Shown: positions 42,896 to 50,479, counted from the stretch's first letter. The stretch: DNA of 64,000 nucleotides from a virus (IMGVR_UViG_3300025108_000031:4282-68281), one strand, 5' to 3'. The notes: generated from the sequence alone by a model not told the origin. Numbers and translations: made by a program.

Positions 42896-43737
42896 TTGTT
42901 TAATATGTATTTAAACCGTTTATCTTTTTCAATCCTTCCATGACACCTCCTGCTCATCTGATGTCTGGTCATTCCGTTATCTCTTGCAGCCTGGACACAT
43001 GTCTCCCATGTTTTCCCTGTCTTCACGTTGATAACACCCCTAGACATCGGGTTTTCACCTCCCAATCGAGGTTTAACTACACGCTTTCCAGAAATATATT
43101 GCGCTTTAACTATCTCCCTCATTTTCTCTTTATGCTCATCTGTTCTTTTATATTTAATTGCCTTCTCAAAATTTCGATCTGCGATATCGCTTCTCTTTTT
43201 TAAATAGGAAACTGGGTCTATTCCGCGCTTGATTAGGTATTCGTATTTGCTTTTCAGCATCAACCCCCATTTGTATCCACAACCCCCGCGCCCCGTTCTT
43301 AAAACCTTTCCTACGTGGGACTTATCGACTTCAAAATGCTCAGCCACTTCTCTATAACCGTAAAACTTTATTTGACCTGTATGGATATCAACTATTGGTT
43401 TTGATGTTGGTTCGTCTTTTCCTTTTGGCATAGGAATACCCATCCCGCCATCCCCACCAAATGTTTTGTTCACAAGGATACCAGTCCCTAAGTCTCTTCT
43501 TCCGTAATACTTTATCAGCCTAATTTCCTCTCTATACGCCTCAAGCAAAGAAAGATTCACTTTATATATCTGTACTTTTCTTCCGAACTCCTTGTATACT
43601 TCTTTCCATTCTTTAGAACGTTTCCATGTATCTGATGGTCTATTATACTTAGAAGTTTCTTTCTGAATCTTTGCGATTCCGACATAAAAAACTTCATTGT
43701 TTGTTTTTCTTCTATGTATGTAAACCTTAAACTTCAT
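42892..43737 (-). mobile_element. Free-standing GIY-YIG-like homing endonuclease with NUMOD-type DNA-binding repeats
   Basis: VYIH..FYVG..R..E..LI..GxLxNxTxGGDG; EHKEKM and AAR HTH repeats; more AT-rich than its neighbours. Confidence 0.7.
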
Positions 43738-43773
43738 TTGTTTCCGTTTTTAAAGAACCATCCAAATCTGTTG

Positions 43774-44208
43774 TTAAACCAAGTCGGAAGATCCACACTC
43801 ATAAGCCTCACCAACCACCCATAGAGTTCTGTCATTTGTGAAAAGTATTTCGTATTCGTTACCGCTAACGATGTTATTGTATCCATCAGTCCAGTTAGGA
43901 CTTTGACGCGGGTTGAACTTGATACGGTAGTCTTGTTCGTTTGGCTTGATTCGATTGACCTCCAGTATTTGGACAGCCTCGCACTCTATCCATGCACACA
44001 CAGTCTTGTTCGCACCGTCGTGAATCTTCTGAGCAGCTGTCTGGTGTACACTTAGTTTACATCCTAGCATAGATAGCTGGTTTTCCTGTGGGTCTACGTA
44101 GTTTACTATTTCTTTAGTACCAGTGCCGTCGCCTGTATTTAGCTTGGACTTGATTTGCCAGTGCATGAAATGCTTACCTCGTCCGAGGTGGAATCTAACT
44201 TTGTACAT
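43774..44208 (-). CDS. Hypothetical phage protein
   Basis: YKVRFHLGRG..HWQ, KTVCAW and FNPR motifs; leader motif before the ATG. Confidence 0.65.
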   Translation of the reverse strand: MYKVRFHLGRGKHFMHWQIKSKLNTGDGTGTKEIVNYVDPQENQLSMLGCKLSVHQTAAQKIHDGANKTVCAWIECEAVQILEVNRIKPNEQDYRIKFNPRQSPNWTDGYNNIVSGNEYEILFTNDRTLWVVGEAYECGSSDLV

Positions 44209-44317
44209 GAGATTTTTGATTTATAGTTTCTGTTTACTTGATTGAACGTGTACTCCGCCCACTCATTGAAATCTTGTGATGGGTTTACATGAACGCTTGA
44301 TCTAACGCATATATGTT

Positions 44318-44527
44318 TCATAGGTTGTGTATAAGGTTGTGCATCACATCCTTAGTCTCTTGAGCCTCTCGCCTGTCCTTTTCCCTTCTAAGTATTGGAA
44401 GTAATTTGTTTGCTGTTTCCCACTTGGCTTCATCATCACATCCATCCTTTAGTATGGAATGACATCGCCTCACGTAATGGTCAATCATCCTGTTCGATAA
44501 GTCTGATAGTTTAACTTTCATTGTCAT
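44318..44527 (-). CDS. Hypothetical early protein
   Basis: 69 aa coupled ORF. Confidence 0.55.
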   Translation of the reverse strand: MTMKVKLSDLSNRMIDHYVRRCHSILKDGCDDEAKWETANKLLPILRREKDRREAQETKDVMHNLIHNL

Positions 44528-44783
44528 TCAGTTTAAGCTCGCCCTCGTCGAGCATGTAGTCAATTGTTATTACGATGGATTCGTGTATTGCATTCATCAC
44601 CATCTCGTTGTCTTGAAAGGATGCCTTCAGTATTCGCTCAAGGTCTTCCCTGCTTGATGCGTATTTACCTCGTTCAAAAAGAATTCGTGTTATGTCCTCT
44701 ACACCCCACTGTACTTCAGTGCCAGTGTATATTCCGTCTTTGTTTATATCAGTCATTGTTTCCATTCCCTTTATCGTTTCCAA
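44511..44783 (-). CDS. Hypothetical early protein (start uncertain)
   Basis: ORF track. Confidence 0.5.
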   Translation of the reverse strand: METIKGMETMTDINKDGIYTGTEVQWGVEDITRILFERGKYASSREDLERILKASFQDNEMVMNAIHESIVITIDYMLDEGELKLNDNES

Positions 44784-44943
44784 TTACCTCTGAGTTGTCC
44801 CAGTCTCGAACAACCTCAATGGGTACGTGGTAGTAGTCCCCTGTCACGGGATCTCGCCACGTCTCTATCTCACCTGCATATGTTTCCTCTTTGTATTCGA
44901 GGCGGTCAATGATTTCTGGTTTCATGTGGTATTTCTTATTCAT
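44749..44943 (-). CDS. Hypothetical early protein
   Basis: 64 aa coupled ORF. Confidence 0.55.
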   Translation of the reverse strand: MNKKYHMKPEIIDRLEYKEETYAGEIETWRDPVTGDYYHVPIEVVRDWDNSEVIGNDKGNGNND

Positions 44944-45089
44944 TTGGTAGTGTGGCTGACTAGTAGAACGATATCATCTTCTACTTCCTGTTCATTCTCT
45001 TCTAGGCAATCGCCACATATATCGCAGAAGTTGTGTTCTTCCTCAGTCATTTGCTTATCGCAAAACTCGCAGTTATATTCCTCGTTCAT
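44940..45089 (-). CDS. 49 aa acidic zinc-finger-like protein (not in the ORF track)
   Basis: MNEEYNCEFCDKQMTEEEHNFCDICGDCLEE...; ATGA-type overlaps on both sides. Confidence 0.65.
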   Translation of the reverse strand: MNEEYNCEFCDKQMTEEEHNFCDICGDCLEENEQEVEDDIVLLVSHTTK

Positions 45090-45607
45090 AGTGTGTCTGA
45101 TTTAGGGATTCGAAAGAAGTGGATGCACACATCGGTTGTATCAAGCATGGCTTCACCTCGGTAAAAGATATCACCAACAAAGTCAGCCCACTCGTCCATC
45201 GGCATCGACTCAGTAGTTCCATGAATGGCATCGGTAGCTTCCTTGATGCACCCTATGTCTGTGGGTAGGTACTCACCATCGTACATGGCTTCGCAGTCTA
45301 GCTGATTCCACATCAGCCATTCTCGTGTACTGCCGTTAGCAGAATCAGGTTTGTCTGTATCCCATAGAGGGTTGACCTCAACTATTTTGAGTATCTCTTG
45401 TTCACACTCTTCTTCATTCATTGTGATGATGTCCTGTGTGCCGTCTGTATGGGTGATTACCTCTTCGTGCTCACCCTTCATCAGGAGAGCAAGGATTTTA
45501 GCCTTGTGTTCCTTGGCTTGTTCAAGTGTCTTGAAGAACTGAACTGTGGTATCGGAGTAGCCATCGGCTATTCCACATACTCCATGTATGGATGCATATA
45601 ATTTCAT
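45086..45607 (-). CDS. Acidic hypothetical early protein
   Basis: Start at the ATG at 45607, after a promoter and leader motif. Confidence 0.65.
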   Translation of the reverse strand: MKLYASIHGVCGIADGYSDTTVQFFKTLEQAKEHKAKILALLMKGEHEEVITHTDGTQDIITMNEEECEQEILKIVEVNPLWDTDKPDSANGSTREWLMWNQLDCEAMYDGEYLPTDIGCIKEATDAIHGTTESMPMDEWADFVGDIFYRGEAMLDTTDVCIHFFRIPKSDTL

Positions 45608-45643
45608 GTGATTGAGATTTTGAAGTTGGCAACATTGCCGATA

Positions 45644-45675
45644 CAAAGATACGATATTAAAACACCGATGTCAAA
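45644..45675 (-). promoter_or_regulatory. Early promoter TTGAC-N18-TATCTTTG
   Basis: Bacteroidota -33/-7 architecture with the same spacing as the other copies. Confidence 0.8.
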
Positions 45676-45676
45676 T

Positions 45677-45901
45677 TTAATCTGTAACTAACTGAAAATC
45701 AATGTATTTGAATAGCAGCTCGCTTGCTTCTTTTAATTCCTTTCGCAGTTCAGGTGAGTCATTCTCCATGAGCACGGGACAGGTGGACTGAAACTTTAGC
45801 TTGTGTGCTTGGTTGTAAATTTCATCCGTTGAGTGTGCATCTAAGTGATCGAGTATCGCCTGAGGCAATTCATGACCGATGTGTTGTTCGAAGTTTGTCA
45901 T
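45677..45901 (-). CDS. Hypothetical early protein
   Basis: MTNFEQHIG... start at 45901. Confidence 0.55.
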   Translation of the reverse strand: MTNFEQHIGHELPQAILDHLDAHSTDEIYNQAHKLKFQSTCPVLMENDSPELRKELKEASELLFKYIDFQLVTD

Positions 45902-46062
45902 AGTCGTGGTAAAAAGTGTTCGTCGTCTCGTAGCATACCGAACACATCGTGTACGATATCCTGTGCATTGATGAGATTGTTTTCTTGCGCCATCGTTTGG
46001 ATGCGCTCTGCCCAATCAGCTACGGCAGTGAAGGTTTGTTCAGTCATTTTCAGTTGTATCAT
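45898..46062 (-). CDS. 54 aa hypothetical early protein (not in the ORF track)
   Basis: MIQLKMTEQTFTAVADWAERIQ...; fills the gap with overlaps. Confidence 0.55.
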   Translation of the reverse strand: MIQLKMTEQTFTAVADWAERIQTMAQENNLINAQDIVHDVFGMLRDDEHFLPRL

Positions 46063-46375
46063 TGTCTTGGTTTTCTATTCGTCCAATAAACTCGTCGTGG
46101 ATTGTGAAGATGGCGTCCTTGATTTTACCCTTGCCACCCTTGAGTCCGAAGTACTTCTTCACGTCACTTATCTTCCAGTGTCGGTTAGGCTTCATGTCAT
46201 AATCTGCATACAGCCTGATGTCGCGCTTGGTGAGCATGAGATTGTATAGGCATCTCGGTACGTCATTGTTGTTTATGTTCAACATTTTTCGATTTTCGTC
46301 ATGCAACTCCACCCAGAATGGGGCGTTTGCATCTACATTCTTCATGAAGGCTAAGGCTTGCTTGGTTGTCATCAT
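46040..46375 (-). CDS. Hypothetical early protein
   Basis: 111 aa; MKPNRHWKISDVKKYFGLKG. Confidence 0.6.
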   Translation of the reverse strand: MMTTKQALAFMKNVDANAPFWVELHDENRKMLNINNNDVPRCLYNLMLTKRDIRLYADYDMKPNRHWKISDVKKYFGLKGGKGKIKDAIFTIHDEFIGRIENQDNDTTEND

Positions 46376-46542
46376 TGTCCTTTAATTTTTAGGTTAAAAA
46401 TTGTGCCGTCAAAGGCGTTCTCTAGTCGTGTCTTGTTACCGCCATCAGCCTTCATCCATGCTTCGATGAGTGCTGCTTCGAAGCCACCTGCATAGGGCAG
46501 CCTGGCATTGAGCCTGTCGTATTGTTCTTGTGGTCTGTTCAT
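46372..46542 (-). CDS. 56 aa hypothetical early protein (not in the ORF track)
   Basis: MNRPQEQYD...GGFEAALIEAWMKADGGNKTRLENAF; leader motif directly upstream. Confidence 0.65.
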   Translation of the reverse strand: MNRPQEQYDRLNARLPYAGGFEAALIEAWMKADGGNKTRLENAFDGTIFNLKIKGQ

Positions 46543-46560
46543 GTGTTTGAAATTTTGAAT

Positions 46561-46727
46561 TAGTAGCGATAGCGGGAGTCGAACCCACTCTGAACCGTGT
46601 CCGCCCCTCTGCCGAGGTTATCGAAGGCTGTCTTTTGAACGTTTCAGGATAGGTTAAACCCACCAAGACCTTCGAAGCGAATCGTTGCCGATGCCATTCC
46701 CTGTGTTCATGCAGGGTCATCATCGCT
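46561..46727 (-). ncRNA. tRNA-mimic structured RNA (acceptor stem and T-arm with a large inserted domain)
   Basis: 5' AGCGAUG pairs with 3' UAUCGCU followed by A-CUA; T-arm GUGGG-UUCGACU-CCCGC; internal GNRA hairpins. Confidence 0.7.
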
Positions 46728-46730
46728 ATG

Positions 46731-46930
46731 TTTCGGGGAGGGTGTACATCTCAACCTGCACACCCCCACCTACCTTGATTCGTTGTACCCACAAGGTATC
46801 GGGCAACCCTACTTGTAAGTTTGACTACACCTCAGTAAGGTGTTTGGTGTAGCCGAGTGTGTAATGAGCCGTAGACACGCCATATAGCCTACGTTTGCAG
46901 TGGTTGGTTTCGCCTAACTCACACTCATTG
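46731..46930 (-). ncRNA. Structured non-coding RNA region with a possible pseudoknot
   Basis: No ORF; consecutive stems; loop CCUUACU can pair with downstream AGUAGGG. Confidence 0.55.
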
Positions 46931-46937
46931 GGAATCT

Positions 46938-47312
46938 TTATGACAGGAAGTCAGTGACGTTGAGCTGTGCATCCTCGATGCGCAACTCTTGCATTTCGTT
47001 TGCATGGTTTAGCTTCTTAGTAAACCACAGCTTGAACTCCATCATATCCTCACCATGACAACCCCATGAGCCATTCTTGATGATGCTTCTGCGGTGTCCG
47101 TTTTGATCGTACAGGACGAGGAATGCATAGATGTATGGAGCGTTCCTTGCTCCGCCCTCTTCGAGTCGATACTCGATAGCTATCTTTCGATTTCCACCAT
47201 CTATGAAGGTGTTCGTTAGTATGGACTTGTGGTTGTCGGGGTTGGTTCCGATTACTTCCAGTCTGTCCCATGCACCCAGCAAGTGGGTTAGTTTGTTGTG
47301 TGTGCTTTTCAT
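46938..47312 (-). CDS. Hypothetical early protein
   Basis: Start at the ATG at 47312, after a promoter and leader motif. Confidence 0.65.
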   Translation of the reverse strand: MKSTHNKLTHLLGAWDRLEVIGTNPDNHKSILTNTFIDGGNRKIAIEYRLEEGGARNAPYIYAFLVLYDQNGHRRSIIKNGSWGCHGEDMMEFKLWFTKKLNHANEMQELRIEDAQLNVTDFLS

Positions 47313-47347
47313 GTAATTGAGATTTTGATTAGTGCCGATTGGCTTTG

Positions 47348-47378
47348 CAAAGATACAACATTTAAACCCTGTTGTCAA
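47348..47378 (-). promoter_or_regulatory. Early promoter TTGAC-N18-TATCTTTG
   Basis: Consensus match with conserved spacing. Confidence 0.8.
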
Positions 47379-47411
47379 GTTTTTTTTTCTAAGTCTCTGA
47401 CTTACAATGTT

Positions 47412-47594
47412 TTAGAAGGGTAATTCCTCTGCCGTTAGTAGGAACTCGTATCGCGCTTTGTCCAGGTAAGCATAGGCATCTACATCCCTGCCTTGCGCCC
47501 ACACTGCCAGACCTGTCTTTGCGTAGTGTACGCATCGCTCGCTCTTGATGGCTTCACCCTTGCGAATCATAATTTCAAATGTGCTTCGTGTCAT
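47412..47594 (-). CDS. Hypothetical early protein
   Basis: 60 aa ORF. Confidence 0.5.
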   Translation of the reverse strand: MTRSTFEIMIRKGEAIKSERCVHYAKTGLAVWAQGRDVDAYAYLDKARYEFLLTAEELPF

Positions 47595-47850
47595 GATATA
47601 CTAAAATTGATTCGATTTGAGGACTCACTTCATTGAGAAACCATGTAGCCACGCGGCTTTCAGCTTCATCCAGGTCTTCGAGGTATCCGAGTTGGTCAAC
47701 CTCTCCATCATCGCCCACTTCAGGATCAAAATAAGCTGACTCGTAAACAGCCTCATCAAAGGCATCACGCAACTCGTCATCGCTTACAGGCTTGCCTGCC
47801 TCCTTGTATGAGCATAGCATATAGAACTTCTTTTCTTTGTGATTATTCAT
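47575..47850 (-). CDS. Acidic hypothetical early protein
   Basis: 91 aa ORF. Confidence 0.6.
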   Translation of the reverse strand: MNNHKEKKFYMLCSYKEAGKPVSDDELRDAFDEAVYESAYFDPEVGDDGEVDQLGYLEDLDEAESRVATWFLNEVSPQIESILVYHDTKHI

Positions 47851-47960
47851 AATTTCTCGTCTTGGTATCTGTCATGCTGTTCGTCCGCTTGGTCGTAGTA
47901 ATCGCGCTCCTCGCATTCGTCATCTGACGGGTAGTCGTACCCTTCTCTCCATGTACTCAT
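47847..47960 (-). CDS. 37 aa highly acidic peptide (not in the ORF track)
   Basis: MSTWREGYDYPSDDECEERDYYDQADEQHDRYQDEKL; ATGA overlaps at both ends. Confidence 0.6.
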   Translation of the reverse strand: MSTWREGYDYPSDDECEERDYYDQADEQHDRYQDEKL

Positions 47961-48271
47961 TTGATTGAAGTTTCGAAGTTTGGGACTCCCAAGGTGTATC
48001 CTCGTCGAGTGTCATGTAGCATGAGCATGGGCTGCATTTCTACAGGTTCATTGATGCCCCATATATCCTTGTCATCTGTGATGACTCCTTGCTCCTTCAG
48101 GTAGACATATGCTTGCCCTACGATATCGCCTATAGCATAGTCGTATGAGAGCCACTTGGTGACGTTGTTACGTTCGTCCTTGATTCTAACCCTAGCACCT
48201 TTGGTGTTGGTTGGACTGAAAAACTCGATGTGCAAGGCACGGAGTCGGGGTATGTGATTTGTAAGATTCAT
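47957..48271 (-). CDS. Hypothetical early protein
   Basis: PTNTKGARVRI motif; start at the ATG at 48271 downstream of a hammerhead. Confidence 0.65.
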   Translation of the reverse strand: MNLTNHIPRLRALHIEFFSPTNTKGARVRIKDERNNVTKWLSYDYAIGDIVGQAYVYLKEQGVITDDKDIWGINEPVEMQPMLMLHDTRRGYTLGVPNFETSIK

Positions 48272-48290
48272 GTGTTTGAGATTTTGATTT

Positions 48291-48340
48291 GACACAGACG
48301 CTTCGCAGCGTTTCGACCACTCAGGTCTCGTCAGTGTGCC
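48291..48340 (-). ncRNA. Type I hammerhead ribozyme, copy 2
   Basis: GGCACA-CUGACGA-GACC(ugagu)GGUC-GAA-ACGCU(gcga)AGCGU-C^UGUGUC: full core and three stems. Confidence 0.93.
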
Positions 48341-48507
48341 TGACTATTGAGTCTGTGGATTTCATCGAGGAGCCACCACCTCTGCTCGTCAGTGAACGCC
48401 CCGTACGTCTGAAGCTGACGCTGCTCGAAGTACTTTGCTTTTTCCATGTTCTGCTTGAACATGTGGTAGGCAATCTTGGGTAAGTACCCGTTTTCGTATT
48501 TGCTCAT
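48331..48507 (-). CDS. 58 aa early protein flanked by hammerheads
   Basis: MSKYENGYLPKIAYH...NSQAH; leader motif before the ATG. Confidence 0.7.
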   Translation of the reverse strand: MSKYENGYLPKIAYHMFKQNMEKAKYFEQRQLQTYGAFTDEQRWWLLDEIHRLNSQAH

Positions 48508-48525
48508 GTGATTGAGATTTTGATT

Positions 48526-48575
48526 GATACAGACGCTTCTCAGCGTTTCGTCCATGCAGGACTCATCAGTGTACC
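48526..48575 (-). ncRNA. Type I hammerhead ribozyme, copy 1
   Basis: GGUACA-CUGAUGA-GUCC(ugcau)GGAC-GAA-ACGCU(gaga)AGCGU-C^UGUAUC. Confidence 0.93.
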
Positions 48576-48796
48576 TTGGGTGCTTCGTCCCACTCGTCCT
48601 TGGGTATGTCATGCCAGTCTGTCCAGTACATCATTTCATCTTCGAACGCTTCGTCCAGTGTAGCGTAGTCGTAATTCTGACAGATGCGGAGTGCATCCTT
48701 TTCATACTTTACGTAGTAGAATCCAAGACCTTCGAAGTACCAACCCTCGAACATAGGTTCGTTGGTGATTGTGCAGTAGCGGGGTGCTTTTTCCAT
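48566..48796 (-). CDS. Hypothetical early protein
   Basis: MEKAPRYCTITNEPMFEGW...YWTDW; follows a promoter and leader motif. Confidence 0.65.
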   Translation of the reverse strand: MEKAPRYCTITNEPMFEGWYFEGLGFYYVKYEKDALRICQNYDYATLDEAFEDEMMYWTDWHDIPKDEWDEAPKVH

Positions 48797-48833
48797 GTGT
48801 GAGATAATTGAGATTTTGATTTGGAAGACGATG

Positions 48834-48865
48834 CAAATATACAACATTCAAACACCGAAGTCAAA
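48834..48865 (-). promoter_or_regulatory. Early promoter TTGAC-N18-TATATTTG
   Basis: Consensus match with conserved spacing. Confidence 0.8.
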
Positions 48866-48898
48866 TTTATTTTCATTTCCTCAGTGTTTACAGGGGTT

Positions 48899-49498
48899 TC
48901 AGAGCCATCGGTTTCGTATGGTGACCCATATGATAGCCTGCAACTCGTAAGGCTTGTACCCCATGCTCCGTGCTAGCTTGCAGAAGTGCACGCTCAGTCG
49001 GTCGTATTGCAGGGGTGTTACGCTCGTCTGTACTTCCTTGGGTGTCTGCGATGTGGTCACGAAGGCACGAAGCATCCACTTGTCAATCGTAACAACAGAC
49101 TCATCCATCATACCCACATTGAGGGCGAAAGCGTGAGTTTTTCTAGCCTTGCGGAGCATTTCGATATCTCCGCTCAAGATCGCCCACGCCCTGCGTTTGT
49201 TGCTAGTGTATGTGCATACCTTGACAGACTCCATGGATTCACCATTCACGAAGGCTTGGATGAGATTGAATGCATCAATCTTGTTACGCTCCCACTTGTT
49301 GTTAGGTGAGAGTGCGCTGATGACTGCAGCCGCCACGACCTTGGATATGTTGAACGTTACCGATAGGTACTCAGCAAACTCCATGGCTGAAGCATACCAT
49401 GCTTTACCCTCTCGGATTTCGTCCTCCGTCGCACGCCCCGTCCACGATTTAACGTGAGCGGTGACGCGCTTCAGTGGGTATGTGCTTAAGCTATTCAT
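48899..49498 (-). CDS. Conserved phage protein (ALSP..W, KTxAF, VTIDxW, QAxxW family; possibly HhH-glycosylase-like fold)
   Basis: Motif pattern recalled from phage proteins; function uncertain. Confidence 0.55.
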   Translation of the reverse strand: MNSLSTYPLKRVTAHVKSWTGRATEDEIREGKAWYASAMEFAEYLSVTFNISKVVAAAVISALSPNNKWERNKIDAFNLIQAFVNGESMESVKVCTYTSNKRRAWAILSGDIEMLRKARKTHAFALNVGMMDESVVTIDKWMLRAFVTTSQTPKEVQTSVTPLQYDRLSVHFCKLARSMGYKPYELQAIIWVTIRNRWL

Positions 49499-49640
49499 AT
49501 TCCTTAAGGTATTCTTGAAATTCAGCGATTAACTCATTGGCACTTTTATTGTCGTTCAGGTACTCATGCCTGTCACCAGTCCAATGTGCGGCGCGGCGCA
49601 GTAATTCCACGCCTTCAAGGGGGTTATCTTGATTTTTCAT
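49491..49640 (-). CDS. 49 aa hypothetical protein (not in the ORF track)
   Basis: MKNQDNPLEGVELLRRAAHW...; coupled on both sides. Confidence 0.55.
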   Translation of the reverse strand: MKNQDNPLEGVELLRRAAHWTGDRHEYLNDNKSANELIAEFQEYLKEYE

Positions 49641-50329
49641 GCTTCGAAGTTCATTGTGAGCTGCTCAGCTTCTAGAAGCGTAGCTTCTAATTCAGCGTTG
49701 GCGGCTTGGATTTTAGAACGTCGGACGCCTTCCTCAGGTGTCTCACCAGGCAGGAGCTTGAGTGCTAGCTGCTCACGCTTGGCTGCCTTACGCTCCACCA
49801 CAGGCACTTCCATTCGAGGCTCGAAGGGTTGAGCCTCTTTGCCAGTGAGAGCGTGAACAACCTTCGTTTTCTTGACCTTACCAACCTTGTTGGCAGTCGC
49901 AGTCCGTGCTTGTGCTTGCTCAAGCCCATCCTCGCTTGAACGCTTGGGTCGCTTGACAGCCTTCGTTGACTTTGCAGGCTTGGAAGCCTTTACAGGCTTT
50001 TTCTTACGCTTAGGCTGGATTGACATCTGGTAATCCAAACTGAAATTGTAAGGCTTCGTAGGCTCAGGGTCTGGGACGTCATGGGAAAGGATGAGAGCAA
50101 CAAGTTGCTTTTTAGTCATCTTCATGAGTCGCTGCTCGTCGGTCATCGCAGGCTTGGATGCCTTGGTTGCCTTGGGTGCCTCTGTGGGCTTCGCCTTCCG
50201 CTTGGGCTTGGGTGTCTGAGCCGCTCGCTCTGCAGCGTATCGAGCCTTGTTAGCTGCCTTTCGCTCAGCTTTAGTGAACTTGCGCCCCGTCTCAGGGCAG
50301 TGGGTTGGGGTGTATGTCTGCTTTGACAT
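49637..50329 (-). CDS. Lys/Ala/Pro-rich basic protein, first early gene
   Basis: Histone-H1-like KASKPAK low-complexity tracts. Confidence 0.65.
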   Translation of the reverse strand: MSKQTYTPTHCPETGRKFTKAERKAANKARYAAERAAQTPKPKRKAKPTEAPKATKASKPAMTDEQRLMKMTKKQLVALILSHDVPDPEPTKPYNFSLDYQMSIQPKRKKKPVKASKPAKSTKAVKRPKRSSEDGLEQAQARTATANKVGKVKKTKVVHALTGKEAQPFEPRMEVPVVERKAAKREQLALKLLPGETPEEGVRRSKIQAANAELEATLLEAEQLTMNFEA

Positions 50330-50373
50330 GTGATATGGGATTTAGATGAACCAACTTCGGTGTCGATTCGGGG

Positions 50374-50404
50374 CAAAGATATATCATTCAAGGACCTTTG
50401 TCAA
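50374..50404 (-). promoter_or_regulatory. Early promoter TTGAC-N18-TATCTTTG
   Basis: Consensus match with conserved spacing. Confidence 0.8.
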
Positions 50405-50479
50405 GCACTATTTTCGAAATCCTAGCAAATACAGGGGTTTCAGAGGCAAATTTTTTGGTTTTGGCTCAGACATGGGGCT

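Noticed and set aside
46445-46723. 92 aa ORF from the track
   Set aside because: Overlaps the tRNA-mimic structure and a better 56 aa ORF that has the leader motif
46561-46930. tmRNA or intron-containing tRNA
   Set aside because: No alanine-type acceptor or tag ORF, no recognisable D/anticodon arms, and the insert is too short for a typical group I intron
48375-48400. CUGACGA inside the 58 aa gene as another ribozyme core
   Set aside because: No matching stem II plus GAAA; explained by the codons for FTDEQ
48866-48890. Third hammerhead (CUGAGGA...GAAA on the - strand)
   Set aside because: No stem II or stem III can form, and it lies in a promoter upstream region
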